Source: Patescibacteria group bacterium (GTDB lineage Bacteria > Patescibacteriota > Patescibacteriia > Magasanikbacterales > GWA2-37-8). From it: a stretch of DNA of 64,000 nucleotides. Below are positions 18,349 to 28,172 of the stretch, piece by piece. The stretch covers positions 209,692-273,691 of the forward strand of contig JBAZUP010000001.1 in assembly GCA_041661385.1 (NCBI GenBank), written 5' to 3'. A model generated the notes under the pieces. The model was not told the DNA's origin and did not search any database. It saw nothing but the letters and a program-made list of their open reading frames with translations. The position numbers were made by a program, and so were the translations under genes. The first letter of the stretch is position 1. Every line of letters begins with the position of its first letter.

Positions 18349-19463
18349 ACCGCTTCTTTGTAAACTTCTTCAAGTCGATCCATATGACCTTGCATACTAA
18401 ATTTATCCAACACTAATTTTCTTCCTTTTTCACCCATTTTCTTTTTTTCTTCGTGCGATACGCTTATTATTTTCTTCAAAGATTTTTCCAAATCTACTTC
18501 GTTACCAGTTTCAAATACATATCCAGTTTCACCATCAATAATCTTTTCATGCATTCCCGGTAAATTACTACTGACTACCGGAGTTTCACAGGCCATCGCC
18601 TCGGTAGCTACCAATGAAAACGATTCCGAAATAGATGGAATTACGACGGCAAAGGCGGCGGCATAAAATTTTGCCATTTTTTCCGGGTCGTGGCAAGCGC
18701 CAAGCCATGTGATATTTTTTATTTTTAGATTTTCCGCCTCAGCCCTATATTCATGCTCGTGATACCCGCCGCCCACAATTGCCAAATGAGCATCATCACG
18801 ATTAAATTTATGCCAAGCTTTTAATAATTTTGATAATCCTTTGATAGGCAATAAATTACCCACGAACATAAAGATCTTTTTATTTTCGAGCCCGCCAAGA
18901 CCAAGGTCGTGCAGATTCACCGTCTGCGGTTTAAAAATTTCTGTATTAATACCATTGTGAATTACTATTGATTGATCGGGAAATATAAATTTACGTTCGG
19001 CTAAGTAATGGCGTTCATCCACCAAAATGACCCGTTTTGATTTTTGCATAATTCTTTTTGCAAATAACCGGTCATAAACATTTTTAACTAATTGACGATG
19101 TTTGAGAGTTGGCGAAGCATCCATGTGATACGTGACAACATAAGGACGGCCCGAAAGCCAAACCCATTCTGCTCCGCCATAAAAAGGATAATGCAGATGC
19201 ACCAGATCAAAATCATGAAAAGATTGTCGTAATTCTGGTACTAAACCCGCTATACCACTACGAACCAAAGGCTTCGCTCGCACCACTTTAAAAGGAAATT
19301 TTTCATCTTTATATTCATATGGAAAATATGCCAAGGTAAAAACGGTTACTTGGTGGCCGCGCTTAACCAATTCACTTGCTTCATCGTATGCGACTCGACC
19401 CATACCGCCGATATCTGGAGGCAGAGACGCAACGACGTGTGCAATTTTCATATGATTTAACAA
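18345..19463 (-). CDS. Glycosyltransferase family 4 (GT-B)
   Basis: MKIAHVVASLPPDIGGMGRVAYDEASELVKRGHQVTVFT and a C-terminal E-x7-E-like region. Confidence 0.7.
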   Translation of the reverse strand: MLNHMKIAHVVASLPPDIGGMGRVAYDEASELVKRGHQVTVFTLAYFPYEYKDEKFPFKVVRAKPLVRSGIAGLVPELRQSFHDFDLVHLHYPFYGGAEWVWLSGRPYVVTYHMDASPTLKHRQLVKNVYDRLFAKRIMQKSKRVILVDERHYLAERKFIFPDQSIVIHNGINTEIFKPQTVNLHDLGLGGLENKKIFMFVGNLLPIKGLSKLLKAWHKFNRDDAHLAIVGGGYHEHEYRAEAENLKIKNITWLGACHDPEKMAKFYAAAFAVVIPSISESFSLVATEAMACETPVVSSNLPGMHEKIIDGETGYVFETGNEVDLEKSLKKIISVSHEEKKKMGEKGRKLVLDKFSMQGHMDRLEEVYKEAV

Positions 19464-19512
19464 AATATATTCAACTAATCAATCACTTTTCATTTCAAAA
19501 AAACGCCAAGTA

Positions 19513-19833
19513 TTACTTCAGCGCCTTTTCTCTTATTACCTTCGTAATTTCACGATTTAATTTTTCTATCTTAATTACAAGTCGGAAGACGATAAAAAAC
19601 AAAACTACCAATGAAATATATACGACCACATCGGCCCCGCGTCCAACCCCGAGCATCTCTGCGACCCGCGCAGTAAGATTCGGTTGAATTACCACTACGC
19701 CCGCTAGCACCCAAAATAATATCCAAACCACAGTTTCTTTCAGTGAAAGATCTTCCGAACGATAACGCATAAATACCTTGCTAATTGCAATAAGAAAAAT
19801 TAATATTAGCAATGCTTGAATAGGCTGGTTCAT
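19513..19833 (-). CDS. DUF2304-like small membrane protein (GtrA-like partner of the adjacent GT2)
   Basis: 106 aa with 3 TM helices, immediately upstream of a DPM-synthase-like GT2. Confidence 0.45.
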   Translation of the reverse strand: MNQPIQALLILIFLIAISKVFMRYRSEDLSLKETVVWILFWVLAGVVVIQPNLTARVAEMLGVGRGADVVVYISLVVLFFIVFRLVIKIEKLNREITKVIREKALK

Positions 19834-19847
19834 TTGATTTATATAGT

Positions 19848-20516
19848 TTATTTAGTAAAACTAGCTATAATGAGGTCTAAGATAATTCTAAACCCTCCGG
19901 AGAGTCCTTGTCCATAGTTCAAATAAGTCACCTCAACCGGACTTTCTGCATAAGTTAAATTATTTTTTTTAACAATTTTTAGTATTTCAGTATTGTGCGC
20001 CATGCGATCATGAAGGAATACTACTTTGCTTAAAGCTTTTTTTGATAAAATTCTAAAACCGTTGTGTGCATCTGAAAGCGTAATGCCAGTGAATACAAAA
20101 TTTATCCATCGGGCCGCCGGTAAAATTAAATATTTTTTTTGCCAAGGAATTTTTGAACGGCTATCTAAAAATCTCGAACCAAAAACTAAGTCGACATTTT
20201 TATCCCGCATTAATTTTAACGCCGGTTCAATATCAAGCGGATTAAATTGACCATCAGCGTCAAAATGAATTACTATCTCCGCTCCGACATTTCTCGCGTA
20301 GGCATCCCCTGTTTCTAACGCCGCTCCTTGCCCGCGATTAATCTCATGTTTAATAACTTTCGCTCCAGCTTTTTCAGCCTCGAGCGCAGTATCGTCTTTA
20401 GATCCATCATCAACCACTAAAACATCTTTATAACCATGTTCAAAAAGACCGCGTATCACGCGGCCCACCCTTAATTTTTCGTTGTAAGCCGGAATAACGA
20501 CCAAAACCATAAGCAT
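19848..20516 (-). CDS. Glycosyltransferase family 2 (polyprenyl-phosphate sugar synthase / DPM1-like)
   Basis: VVIPAYNEKLRVGRV...VVDDGSKDDT. Confidence 0.7.
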   Translation of the reverse strand: MLMVLVVIPAYNEKLRVGRVIRGLFEHGYKDVLVVDDGSKDDTALEAEKAGAKVIKHEINRGQGAALETGDAYARNVGAEIVIHFDADGQFNPLDIEPALKLMRDKNVDLVFGSRFLDSRSKIPWQKKYLILPAARWINFVFTGITLSDAHNGFRILSKKALSKVVFLHDRMAHNTEILKIVKKNNLTYAESPVEVTYLNYGQGLSGGFRIILDLIIASFTK

Positions 20517-21556
20517 TAGTTGTTCTGCTGACTTGAACCGATACTATTAAATAACAAAGTTTCTTTACGAGCAATAATATAATCGATGGTTTTGCGCAAA
20601 CCCTCTTCTAGCCTTACAAGCGGCAACCAATCTAAATTATTTTTTGCATAGCTAATATCCGGCAAGCCTTTCTGAGTAAGAAATAGTAAAGGTTTTTCAA
20701 CCACAATCCTTGAAGGCGAATTTGTCATTTTAATTATTGCTTCGGCAACCTCGGCATAAGGAACTGCTTTTTCACCGCCTAAATTTGCAACTTTTACTTC
20801 CGGACCGGTATTTTGAAGTCGAATAATACCGTCAACGATATCACTCACATAACACAATGACGTTGAAAAAGATTTGTCACCGTAAATAACTAAATCTTTT
20901 CCTTCTAAAGCATTAATAATAAAATCTGGGATGAGCTGGTGGTCAAACAACTTCATGTGCGGACCGTAGGTAGTAAAAATACGGGCAATTTTAGTATCAA
21001 TTCCATAAACTTGTCGGCTGGTTTCTACGCAGGTTTCCGCAAATCTCTTACCTTCGTCATAACACGCGCGTTCAGAAAGCTGATTTACCACGCCTAAATC
21101 TGTTTCATTGAAAAGGTCTCCCCGACCCTGGTCATCACCATACACTACCGCGCTTGAGGTAAATAAATATTTAGCGTGATATTTAACAGCGAGATCAAGC
21201 GTATTTATCATAGCTGAAGAATTTGCCCAAAGCGACTGCATTTTTAATTTTTCAAAATCGCGCGGGCTGGTAGGACACGCTAAATGATACACCTCTTGAA
21301 TACCCTGAAATTTTACTTTGAATTTATCCAATTCATCATACTGATCAAGATTTAGAGGTTTATTTACATCACAATTGATAAATTCAAAATCCGGATATTG
21401 GAGTAAGTGATTAATGGTTGCAGGATCGGAATTAGAAAAATTATCCATGCAAATTACCTTGGCATCTTTAAGCAACCTTTCACATAAATGCGAACCGATA
21501 AAACCGGCGCCGCCGGTAACAAGTACATTCTTTTTTTCAAAAATTGGTATATCCAT
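20516..21556 (-). CDS. NAD-dependent epimerase/dehydratase, UDP-glucuronate decarboxylase (UXS)/RmlB-like
   Basis: VLVTGGAGFIGSHLCERLL and CYDEGKRFAETCV (the UXS-type Y-x-x-x-K). Confidence 0.65.
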   Translation of the reverse strand: MDIPIFEKKNVLVTGGAGFIGSHLCERLLKDAKVICMDNFSNSDPATINHLLQYPDFEFINCDVNKPLNLDQYDELDKFKVKFQGIQEVYHLACPTSPRDFEKLKMQSLWANSSAMINTLDLAVKYHAKYLFTSSAVVYGDDQGRGDLFNETDLGVVNQLSERACYDEGKRFAETCVETSRQVYGIDTKIARIFTTYGPHMKLFDHQLIPDFIINALEGKDLVIYGDKSFSTSLCYVSDIVDGIIRLQNTGPEVKVANLGGEKAVPYAEVAEAIIKMTNSPSRIVVEKPLLFLTQKGLPDISYAKNNLDWLPLVRLEEGLRKTIDYIIARKETLLFNSIGSSQQNN

Positions 21557-21611
21557 ATAACATTAATTTGTGCCTTTATTGTAGCATTTTTTGCCAATGA
21601 TGACAATGGAG

Positions 21612-23537
21612 CTATCTAATAGTCGCTGGTAGACCGGGCGTGACAATAGTTAAGGATTCATAAAAATCTTGATCCAACAAAACATAGCGGCCTTTTTCCG
21701 GTAAAAAAGGTAAATAATAGTTTTTGTCTCCGAAATTTAAAGTTTTAATTTTCCACAATTTACTCACTGCTAAATTCAAATTTTTTGTAACAATTTTTTG
21801 ATCACTTAATCCGACCGAGGCGATATTCACTTTTCCATCTCTAATTATTAACAAAATTGCCTTATCACCAACAATTTTATAATCCAAAATTTTTGTCGAA
21901 TTTTTTATTGTTGCAACAATCTTTCCGGTCGATACTTTTTTTATGGTTATAGCACCCCGAACAAGAGTAGCAGAAAACATCTCCCCAAAATCATTCACAT
22001 CAACCATAGATTGGTCTACCACATAACGACTAACAACTTTTTTTGTCGTAGTATTATAAATTCGATAATCTGTTCTAGCGGTTTTTTTATTATATTTATA
22101 GGAAACTATATAGAATCCAGATTCAAAATATTTTATGAAAACATTCTCACTAATTAGATTCGTTTTAGAAATTTGAGTACTTCCACTAAAATCACCATTC
22201 TCTTTATAAACATCAAGAAAATAAGCATCGCGACGTTTTGCGAGAATCGCAGTTTCTTCTTTTAAGAATGCAGGATAAACAACTTGTGATATTATTTTTT
22301 CTTCTGGAATGCTTGAAACAGAAGTAGTTATATCTTTTGCAATATCATAACGGCGAAGTTCGGAATTTTTAACATACCAAAAACCACCTCGGCCGCGTTT
22401 AATTGGGCTTCCTGCTGCCATTGTTAAAGCTAAACCGGCATTAAGCCGACCACGACCAACTTGCCCAGCATGCGGCGCATTATAAATATCAATTGGGTCA
22501 GCGGTTGAAAGGATTGTATTTATAATTTCTTTAGCAGTATATTCGGGATGAACTGACTTAATGAGCGCAGCGGTTGCCGCTACTAACGGCGTAGCAAACG
22601 ACGTGCCAAACCACGGCCCACTAAACTGATTTGGATAACCGTACTGTGGCGCAAACCGCTCGGTACTATAAATATATTCGCCTGGCGCCATAATATCAAT
22701 GCACTTTCCATATTCGCTAAAATCACTTAGCCTATCCTCTGAATCCACCGACCCAACTGTTAACAGCCAATTCTCACCCTCGCCATCATAAGCATCAAAA
22801 CATCCTGGATAGGTTGGTTTTTTACTTGTATCGCCGATACTGTCAGCCGAGTCATAATTTCCCGCGGCAACGACGATTACTATTCCCTTTTTATACGCCT
22901 GCCGCATTACTTCGTAAAAACGCTGTTCAAAACTATCCCCCATAAAACTCATACTGATGATATCGGCACCGTTATTAATCGCATAATTTACTGCTTCAGT
23001 TACGCTTTTTAGAGAACCGGTGCCATTACTTCGAATTGCTCGAAGAGTCATAATACTGACTTTTTGCGAAAGACCCGTGCCGTCTAGTAAATTATTTCCT
23101 CTAGCGCCAATTAACCCACCCACGATTGTGCCGTGGCGCACCGCTTCTTTATCATCCGCCACATCAAAAACAGAAGGACGCACATTGTTATTATTTTCAA
23201 CAAAATTCCAACCATTTACGTCGTCGACGTAACCATTATTATCATCGTCTTTTCCGTTATCAGGAATCTCCCTCTGATTAACCCATAAATTATCTCGGAG
23301 ATCTTCGTGCCAAATATCCATGCCAGTATCAATAAAAGCCACCACTACCTTCTTTGAGCCCGTTGAAACATCCCAAGCGGCTTCAGCATTAATTTGCTTC
23401 ATAAAGATCGCCTGCTGATTATACTCCGGGTCATTTGGAACTAAAGCAAAAACCGGTTCAACAACAAAAATCGTCGAAATAATAAGACAGATCGAAAAGA
23501 TTGCTTTTTTGGCCAAATTATTATACAATCGCTCCAT
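21612..23537 (-). CDS. Secreted subtilisin-like serine protease (peptidase S8) with a C-terminal beta-rich domain
   Basis: Signal peptide. Catalytic triad contexts are VAFIDTGMD (Asp), HGTIVGGLIG (His) and GTSFATPLVAATAAL (Ser). Confidence 0.75.
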   Translation of the reverse strand: MERLYNNLAKKAIFSICLIISTIFVVEPVFALVPNDPEYNQQAIFMKQINAEAAWDVSTGSKKVVVAFIDTGMDIWHEDLRDNLWVNQREIPDNGKDDDNNGYVDDVNGWNFVENNNNVRPSVFDVADDKEAVRHGTIVGGLIGARGNNLLDGTGLSQKVSIMTLRAIRSNGTGSLKSVTEAVNYAINNGADIISMSFMGDSFEQRFYEVMRQAYKKGIVIVVAAGNYDSADSIGDTSKKPTYPGCFDAYDGEGENWLLTVGSVDSEDRLSDFSEYGKCIDIMAPGEYIYSTERFAPQYGYPNQFSGPWFGTSFATPLVAATAALIKSVHPEYTAKEIINTILSTADPIDIYNAPHAGQVGRGRLNAGLALTMAAGSPIKRGRGGFWYVKNSELRRYDIAKDITTSVSSIPEEKIISQVVYPAFLKEETAILAKRRDAYFLDVYKENGDFSGSTQISKTNLISENVFIKYFESGFYIVSYKYNKKTARTDYRIYNTTTKKVVSRYVVDQSMVDVNDFGEMFSATLVRGAITIKKVSTGKIVATIKNSTKILDYKIVGDKAILLIIRDGKVNIASVGLSDQKIVTKNLNLAVSKLWKIKTLNFGDKNYYLPFLPEKGRYVLLDQDFYESLTIVTPGLPATIR

Positions 23538-23580
23538 ATAACCTATTAATTATACCATTTATTTTGGCTACTCCCAACTT

Positions 23581-24942
23581 ATGTTCTATCGTCTAAAACA
23601 AATGATTTTGCTATTCGTTGATACCGCAATGCTTTATGTCGGGTTATACGCGGGTGTTGCTGCACGCAACCTAGAGATTCCAGGCAAAAGTCTTACCGGT
23701 CTTATTCTTCCCATATCACAATTATTTATTGCCGCTCTCATTATCATGTTTATTATCGGTTTATATGATGTTGGACGCAGTCGCAACTCTTGGAAATTTT
23801 TTCAAAAAATTCTTTTATCGGCTGGAATATGGTTTGCGGTTGCGGTGTTCTTTTTTTACGCTTATCCAAATATTACTGTTTCACCTAAAACCACTCTTTT
23901 ACTAATTACTTTTTTTGGTTTTGGTTGTGTTGCTCTATGGCGTTTTATTTATAATCATTTTTTATCAGCCAATCTATTAAAAACATCTATTGTTTTCGTC
24001 GGCTTTAATAACGAAATAAAAGAAATAATTGACGTAATTAATAAATTTCCAGAACGGGGCTATGCTGTTGCTGGCGTAGTTAGCAGTTCAACTGTTTCCG
24101 AATTAAATTCCGCCCCAAACCTAGCTTCAATAATTAAAATAAATAATGGCGCCTATCCTGGTTTAATTGTAATTTCCGAAAATACTGCCACTCCCGAAAT
24201 TCTCAAAGAACTTTACCAAGCGCTATATAGTCAAGTAAGCATGGTTAAACTGGCGGAATTTTACGAAGCTTTTTTTCGCCGCATTCCTCCATTTACTTTT
24301 TCTGAAGATTGGTTTATTACGAATCTAAAGGAACAATCCTTAAAAATTTATGATCGCTTTCGAATCATTATGGATTTGTTTTTTGCTGTTATTACCGGAT
24401 TGGTTTTTATTGTTTCATTTCCAATTATCGCCTTAATTTTAAAAATTACTTCTCCTGGTCCAATATTTTTTTCTCAAACCAGAATTGGAAGAATGGGAAA
24501 AGAATTTAAGATTTACAAATACCGTACCATGAAAGTACTGGGTGCGGGCGGCAGCGCTGAACTAAGCGGGCCACAATTTGCAACTGTAAATGATGAACGA
24601 ATTACTTTTTTTGGTAAATTTTTACGCCGCACACGGCTTGATGAGATTCCTCAGTTTTGGAATATTTTACGCGGCGAAATGGCACTGATTGGACCTCGGC
24701 CGGAGCGCCCGGAGTTTGTAAAAATTCTTACCGATCAAATGCCGTTTTATACCTTACGACACCTCGTCAAACCCGGTCTTACCGGCTGGGCACAGCTCCA
24801 GGCATCATATTTTGGCACGATTGAAGAAAATTTGGTAAAGCTAGAATACGATTTGTACTATGTAAAAAATCGCAATTTATTTTTGGATATTGCGATTATT
24901 TTACGGACTTTTAGTGTGCTATTTAGGTTCATGGGAAGATAA
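23581..24942 (+). CDS. Polyprenyl-phosphate hexose-1-phosphate transferase (WbaP/bacterial sugar transferase family)
   Basis: 4-5 N-terminal TM helices and a C-terminal Bac_transf domain (IGPRPERPEF...PGLTGWAQ). Confidence 0.75.
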   Translation: MFYRLKQMILLFVDTAMLYVGLYAGVAARNLEIPGKSLTGLILPISQLFIAALIIMFIIGLYDVGRSRNSWKFFQKILLSAGIWFAVAVFFFYAYPNITVSPKTTLLLITFFGFGCVALWRFIYNHFLSANLLKTSIVFVGFNNEIKEIIDVINKFPERGYAVAGVVSSSTVSELNSAPNLASIIKINNGAYPGLIVISENTATPEILKELYQALYSQVSMVKLAEFYEAFFRRIPPFTFSEDWFITNLKEQSLKIYDRFRIIMDLFFAVITGLVFIVSFPIIALILKITSPGPIFFSQTRIGRMGKEFKIYKYRTMKVLGAGGSAELSGPQFATVNDERITFFGKFLRRTRLDEIPQFWNILRGEMALIGPRPERPEFVKILTDQMPFYTLRHLVKPGLTGWAQLQASYFGTIEENLVKLEYDLYYVKNRNLFLDIAIILRTFSVLFRFMGR

Positions 24943-24990
24943 AATAATTGACCTACAGAATCAAGTTTAAGATTGCCAATTTACAAATTA

Positions 24991-25022
24991 AAAACCCCGA
25001 CTTTAGGTCGGAGTTTTTTATT
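24991..25022. terminator. Bidirectional intrinsic terminator (CCGAC-TTTAG-GTCGG with A/T runs on both sides)
   Basis: Lies between the convergent wbaP-like gene (+) and pyrG (-). Confidence 0.55.
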
Positions 25023-25036
25023 TAAATATTATCTAG

Positions 25037-26689
25037 CTATTTATGGTTCCCATTTTTTATTCCGAGTGCTGCTTTTATGAGACCAATAAACAGCGGGTGC
25101 GGATGGAGCGGTCTCGACTTAAACTCCGGATGAAACTGCGAACCGACAAAATATGGATGGTTCGCAAGTTCAATAATTTCGACTAAGTCTGCTTCTTTAT
25201 TTACCCCAACAATCTGCATTCCGGCTTTTTCCATTTCTTCACGATATTTATTATTAAATTCATAACGATGCCGGTGTCGCTCGCTGATATTGGTATCTTT
25301 ATATAATTTTTGAACTTTGCTACCCGCTTTTAATTCACAATCATAAGCGCCGAGCCGCATCGTACCACCGTAACGATTTTGTTTTACATTATCAGCTTGA
25401 TTCGGATTAATATGAATTACCGGATTATTTGATGCTGCATCACATTCAACCGTATGAGCATCAACATACCCAAGAACATTGCGCGCAAATTCAACAGATG
25501 CAAGCTGCATTCCGTAGCATAAACCCAAATACGGAATTTTGTGTTCGCGCACAAAACGGATTGCATTGATTATGCCTTCAATTCCGCGAGTACCGAAACC
25601 ACCAGGAACGATTACCGCATCAAATTTCTTCAATTCTTCGGTCTCTCCGGGGTTCTTTTCATACTTTTCCGCATCTACCCAAGTAAGCTCCGGCTTCGCC
25701 CCATAGAGCCAAGCAGCGTGTTTTATCGCCTCGATTACAGAAATATAGGAATCTGATAAAGTATAATTTCCGGTACCAAAATACTTGCCAATTACGGCAA
25801 TTTTGACCGGTTTTTTTGCATTTGCAATACTGTTAATAAATTTGTTCCAGCCCGGATTCTTCTTTTCACGAAAACGTAATTTTAGACGTTTTCCAATGAG
25901 GTCACTAAGATGCTGTTTTTCAAAATTTGCCGGAACGTCATAAATACTTGAAACATCCGGCGCGCTAATAACATCTTCTTCGGTCCGAAGACCGCAAAAT
26001 ACCGCCAGCTTTTCTTTACGCGGCTGATCAAGGGCGTCTGGCCCTCTCGCCACAATAAAATCCGCTTGAATTCCACTAGAATTAAGAGCGCGGGCGGCGT
26101 GCTGAGTCGGTTTAGTTTTCATTTCACCGATATGGCTAGGTACCGGCAAATAACTAACGAGCACGAATAATACATCTTCAGGTCTTTCCAATTTCAACAT
26201 GCGAGCCGCCTCGAGAAACAAAATATTTTCATATTCCCCTACCGTACCGCCTATTTCAATAACCATCACTTCGGCCTTTGTTTCTTCGACCGCTTTTTTC
26301 ATTCGAGAAATAACTTCTTGAGGAATATGAGGAACGACTTGTACGCATCTGCCTTTGTAATACATGCTGCGTTCTTTTTGAATTACACTTTCATAAACTC
26401 TACCGGTAGTCATGTAATTCAACGAAGTGATATTAGTATCAAGAAAACGTTCGTAATTTCCAATATCTTGATCAGTTTCATCTTTGTCATCAGTTACAAA
26501 TACTTCACCATGTTCGAGCGGGTTCATGGTTCCGGCATCCACATTAACATACGGATCAATTTTCATAGCGGTTACGCTCAGTCCTCGATTTTTCAGAATT
26601 CTTCCAATTGATGCAACTGCGACACCCTTGCCGACTCCCGAAATAACTCCACCAATAACGAAAATAAATTTTGTTTTTGCCATAGCCAA
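25037..26689 (-). CDS. pyrG: CTP synthase
   Basis: N-terminal KFIFVIGGVISGVGKG and a C-terminal glutamine amidotransferase domain (GLCYGMQ). Confidence 0.9.
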   Translation of the reverse strand: MAMAKTKFIFVIGGVISGVGKGVAVASIGRILKNRGLSVTAMKIDPYVNVDAGTMNPLEHGEVFVTDDKDETDQDIGNYERFLDTNITSLNYMTTGRVYESVIQKERSMYYKGRCVQVVPHIPQEVISRMKKAVEETKAEVMVIEIGGTVGEYENILFLEAARMLKLERPEDVLFVLVSYLPVPSHIGEMKTKPTQHAARALNSSGIQADFIVARGPDALDQPRKEKLAVFCGLRTEEDVISAPDVSSIYDVPANFEKQHLSDLIGKRLKLRFREKKNPGWNKFINSIANAKKPVKIAVIGKYFGTGNYTLSDSYISVIEAIKHAAWLYGAKPELTWVDAEKYEKNPGETEELKKFDAVIVPGGFGTRGIEGIINAIRFVREHKIPYLGLCYGMQLASVEFARNVLGYVDAHTVECDAASNNPVIHINPNQADNVKQNRYGGTMRLGAYDCELKAGSKVQKLYKDTNISERHRHRYEFNNKYREEMEKAGMQIVGVNKEADLVEIIELANHPYFVGSQFHPEFKSRPLHPHPLFIGLIKAALGIKNGNHK

Positions 26690-26701
26690 TGAAAATCAAT
26701 A

Positions 26702-27145
26702 CTAAGAAATAGCTTGTACAATAATTTTAATTTCAGCTTCTAAACCGTGTCCAAATTTAATATTCGCCGCAAAAGTTCCGGCTTTCTTAATGGGTTTCAT
26801 CTGGATTTGATCGGGCAAGACATTATAACCTTGTTTTTTTAGAGAATCACAAATTTTTTGACTCGTTACCGCTGCATATAAAACACTTTTTTCGTTGGCT
26901 TTTTCCATAAGTTCAATTTCAAGGCCGTCTAGTTGGCCGGCGATACTCTGTTGTTCGTGTAAATCAGCTTCGGTTTTTTCCACAACTTTCTTTTTGTCTG
27001 AATTTATTTTCTGAATTGCTGCGGAAGTTGATTGAACCGCCAAATGATTGGGGAATAAAAAATTCCTAGCATACCCTTCGGCAACTTCTTTAACATCATC
27101 CATTTCTCCAAGTCCTTTAATTTTTTTTAAAAGTATTACTTTCAT
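26702..27145 (-). CDS. rplI: 50S ribosomal protein L9
   Basis: MKVILLKKIKGLGEMDDVKEVAEGYARNFLFPNHLA. Confidence 0.85.
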   Translation of the reverse strand: MKVILLKKIKGLGEMDDVKEVAEGYARNFLFPNHLAVQSTSAAIQKINSDKKKVVEKTEADLHEQQSIAGQLDGLEIELMEKANEKSVLYAAVTSQKICDSLKKQGYNVLPDQIQMKPIKKAGTFAANIKFGHGLEAEIKIIVQAIS

Positions 27146-27203
27146 AACATAATTAGAAAGGATTTCTCCTTTCCCCCTTGCTTTATTTCCTACTTTTCCG
27201 TAA

Positions 27204-27233
27204 TATTATACAGTAATTCAAATAATTTGTAAA
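27204..27233 (-). promoter_or_regulatory. Sigma-70-like promoter TTTACA-18-TATAAT for rplI-pyrG
   Basis: Hexamers on the minus strand at 27233-27228 and 27209-27204, in the divergent rplI/era intergenic region. Confidence 0.4.
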
Positions 27234-27250
27234 AGAATAAGCTGTTTCCT

Positions 27251-28099
27251 ATGAAATCTGGACTAATTACCCTAGTCGGCCGATCCAATGTCGGTAAATC
27301 GACTCTTCTTAACACAATCATTGGTACTAAAATTTCTGCCGTCACCGACAAACCGCAAACGACCAGAAATGTTATCCACGGTGTTCTTAACCATGCGCTT
27401 GGACAAGCGGTGTTTGTCGACACTCCGGGTATTTTTCGCGAACACCACAATCACCTTTCTAGCCAACTTACTGAAAGCGTTCACGAAGCACTCAAACAAA
27501 TCGACGTAGTTATTTATGTCGCCGATCCAACCAAGCCAATGGGCCCGGAAGAACGATCCATCCTAAGCACAGTTCGCAAACTAACCATGCCTAAAATAAT
27601 GGTAATAAATAAAAGCGATCTTTCTACCAAAGAAAAAGAATTTTTGGATGATTACAAGGCGTTATCTGAAGATTTTTTAGCGACTTTTGAACTTTCAGCA
27701 ATTAAAAACCGACATATTCAACCACTTATTGAAAAAGTATTTGAATTACTTCCCGATGGAGAACCATACTACCCACCCGATCAACTGACAAATATTGATA
27801 AAAATTTCTGGATAGCGGAAATAATCCGAGAAAAAATATTTTTGGCTTTGCGCAAAGAAGTTCCTTATTCAACACATGTCGAAATTGAAAGCGTTGACGA
27901 AAAACCTGACATCACAGTAATTAAGGCAATGGTTTATACTTATGACAAAAAGTATAAAGAAATGATTATCGGCAAAGGTGGCCGGGCAATAAAAGAAATC
28001 GGCATCGCCGCGAGAAAAGAACTTGAACAGGCAGCAAATAAAAAAGTTTTTCTCGAACTTGAAGTTGAAACTGACAAGCATTGGATGGAAAGAATATAA
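27251..28099 (+). CDS. era: GTPase Era
   Basis: LVGRSNVGKSTLLN G1 motif, DTPG, NKSD and a C-terminal KH domain. Confidence 0.9.
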   Translation: MKSGLITLVGRSNVGKSTLLNTIIGTKISAVTDKPQTTRNVIHGVLNHALGQAVFVDTPGIFREHHNHLSSQLTESVHEALKQIDVVIYVADPTKPMGPEERSILSTVRKLTMPKIMVINKSDLSTKEKEFLDDYKALSEDFLATFELSAIKNRHIQPLIEKVFELLPDGEPYYPPDQLTNIDKNFWIAEIIREKIFLALRKEVPYSTHVEIESVDEKPDITVIKAMVYTYDKKYKEMIIGKGGRAIKEIGIAARKELEQAANKKVFLELEVETDKHWMERI

Positions 28100-28112
28100 A
28101 TTATAAATAAAA

Positions 28113-28140
28113 AATCCGCTTATTAAGGCGGATTTTTTTA
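28113..28140. terminator. Bidirectional intrinsic terminator (AATCCGC-loop-GCGGATT-TTTTTT)
   Basis: Lies between era (+) and ctp (-). Confidence 0.55.
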
Positions 28141-28172
28141 ATTCTATTTTTTGCTGGGAGGCAGTTGTAAGA

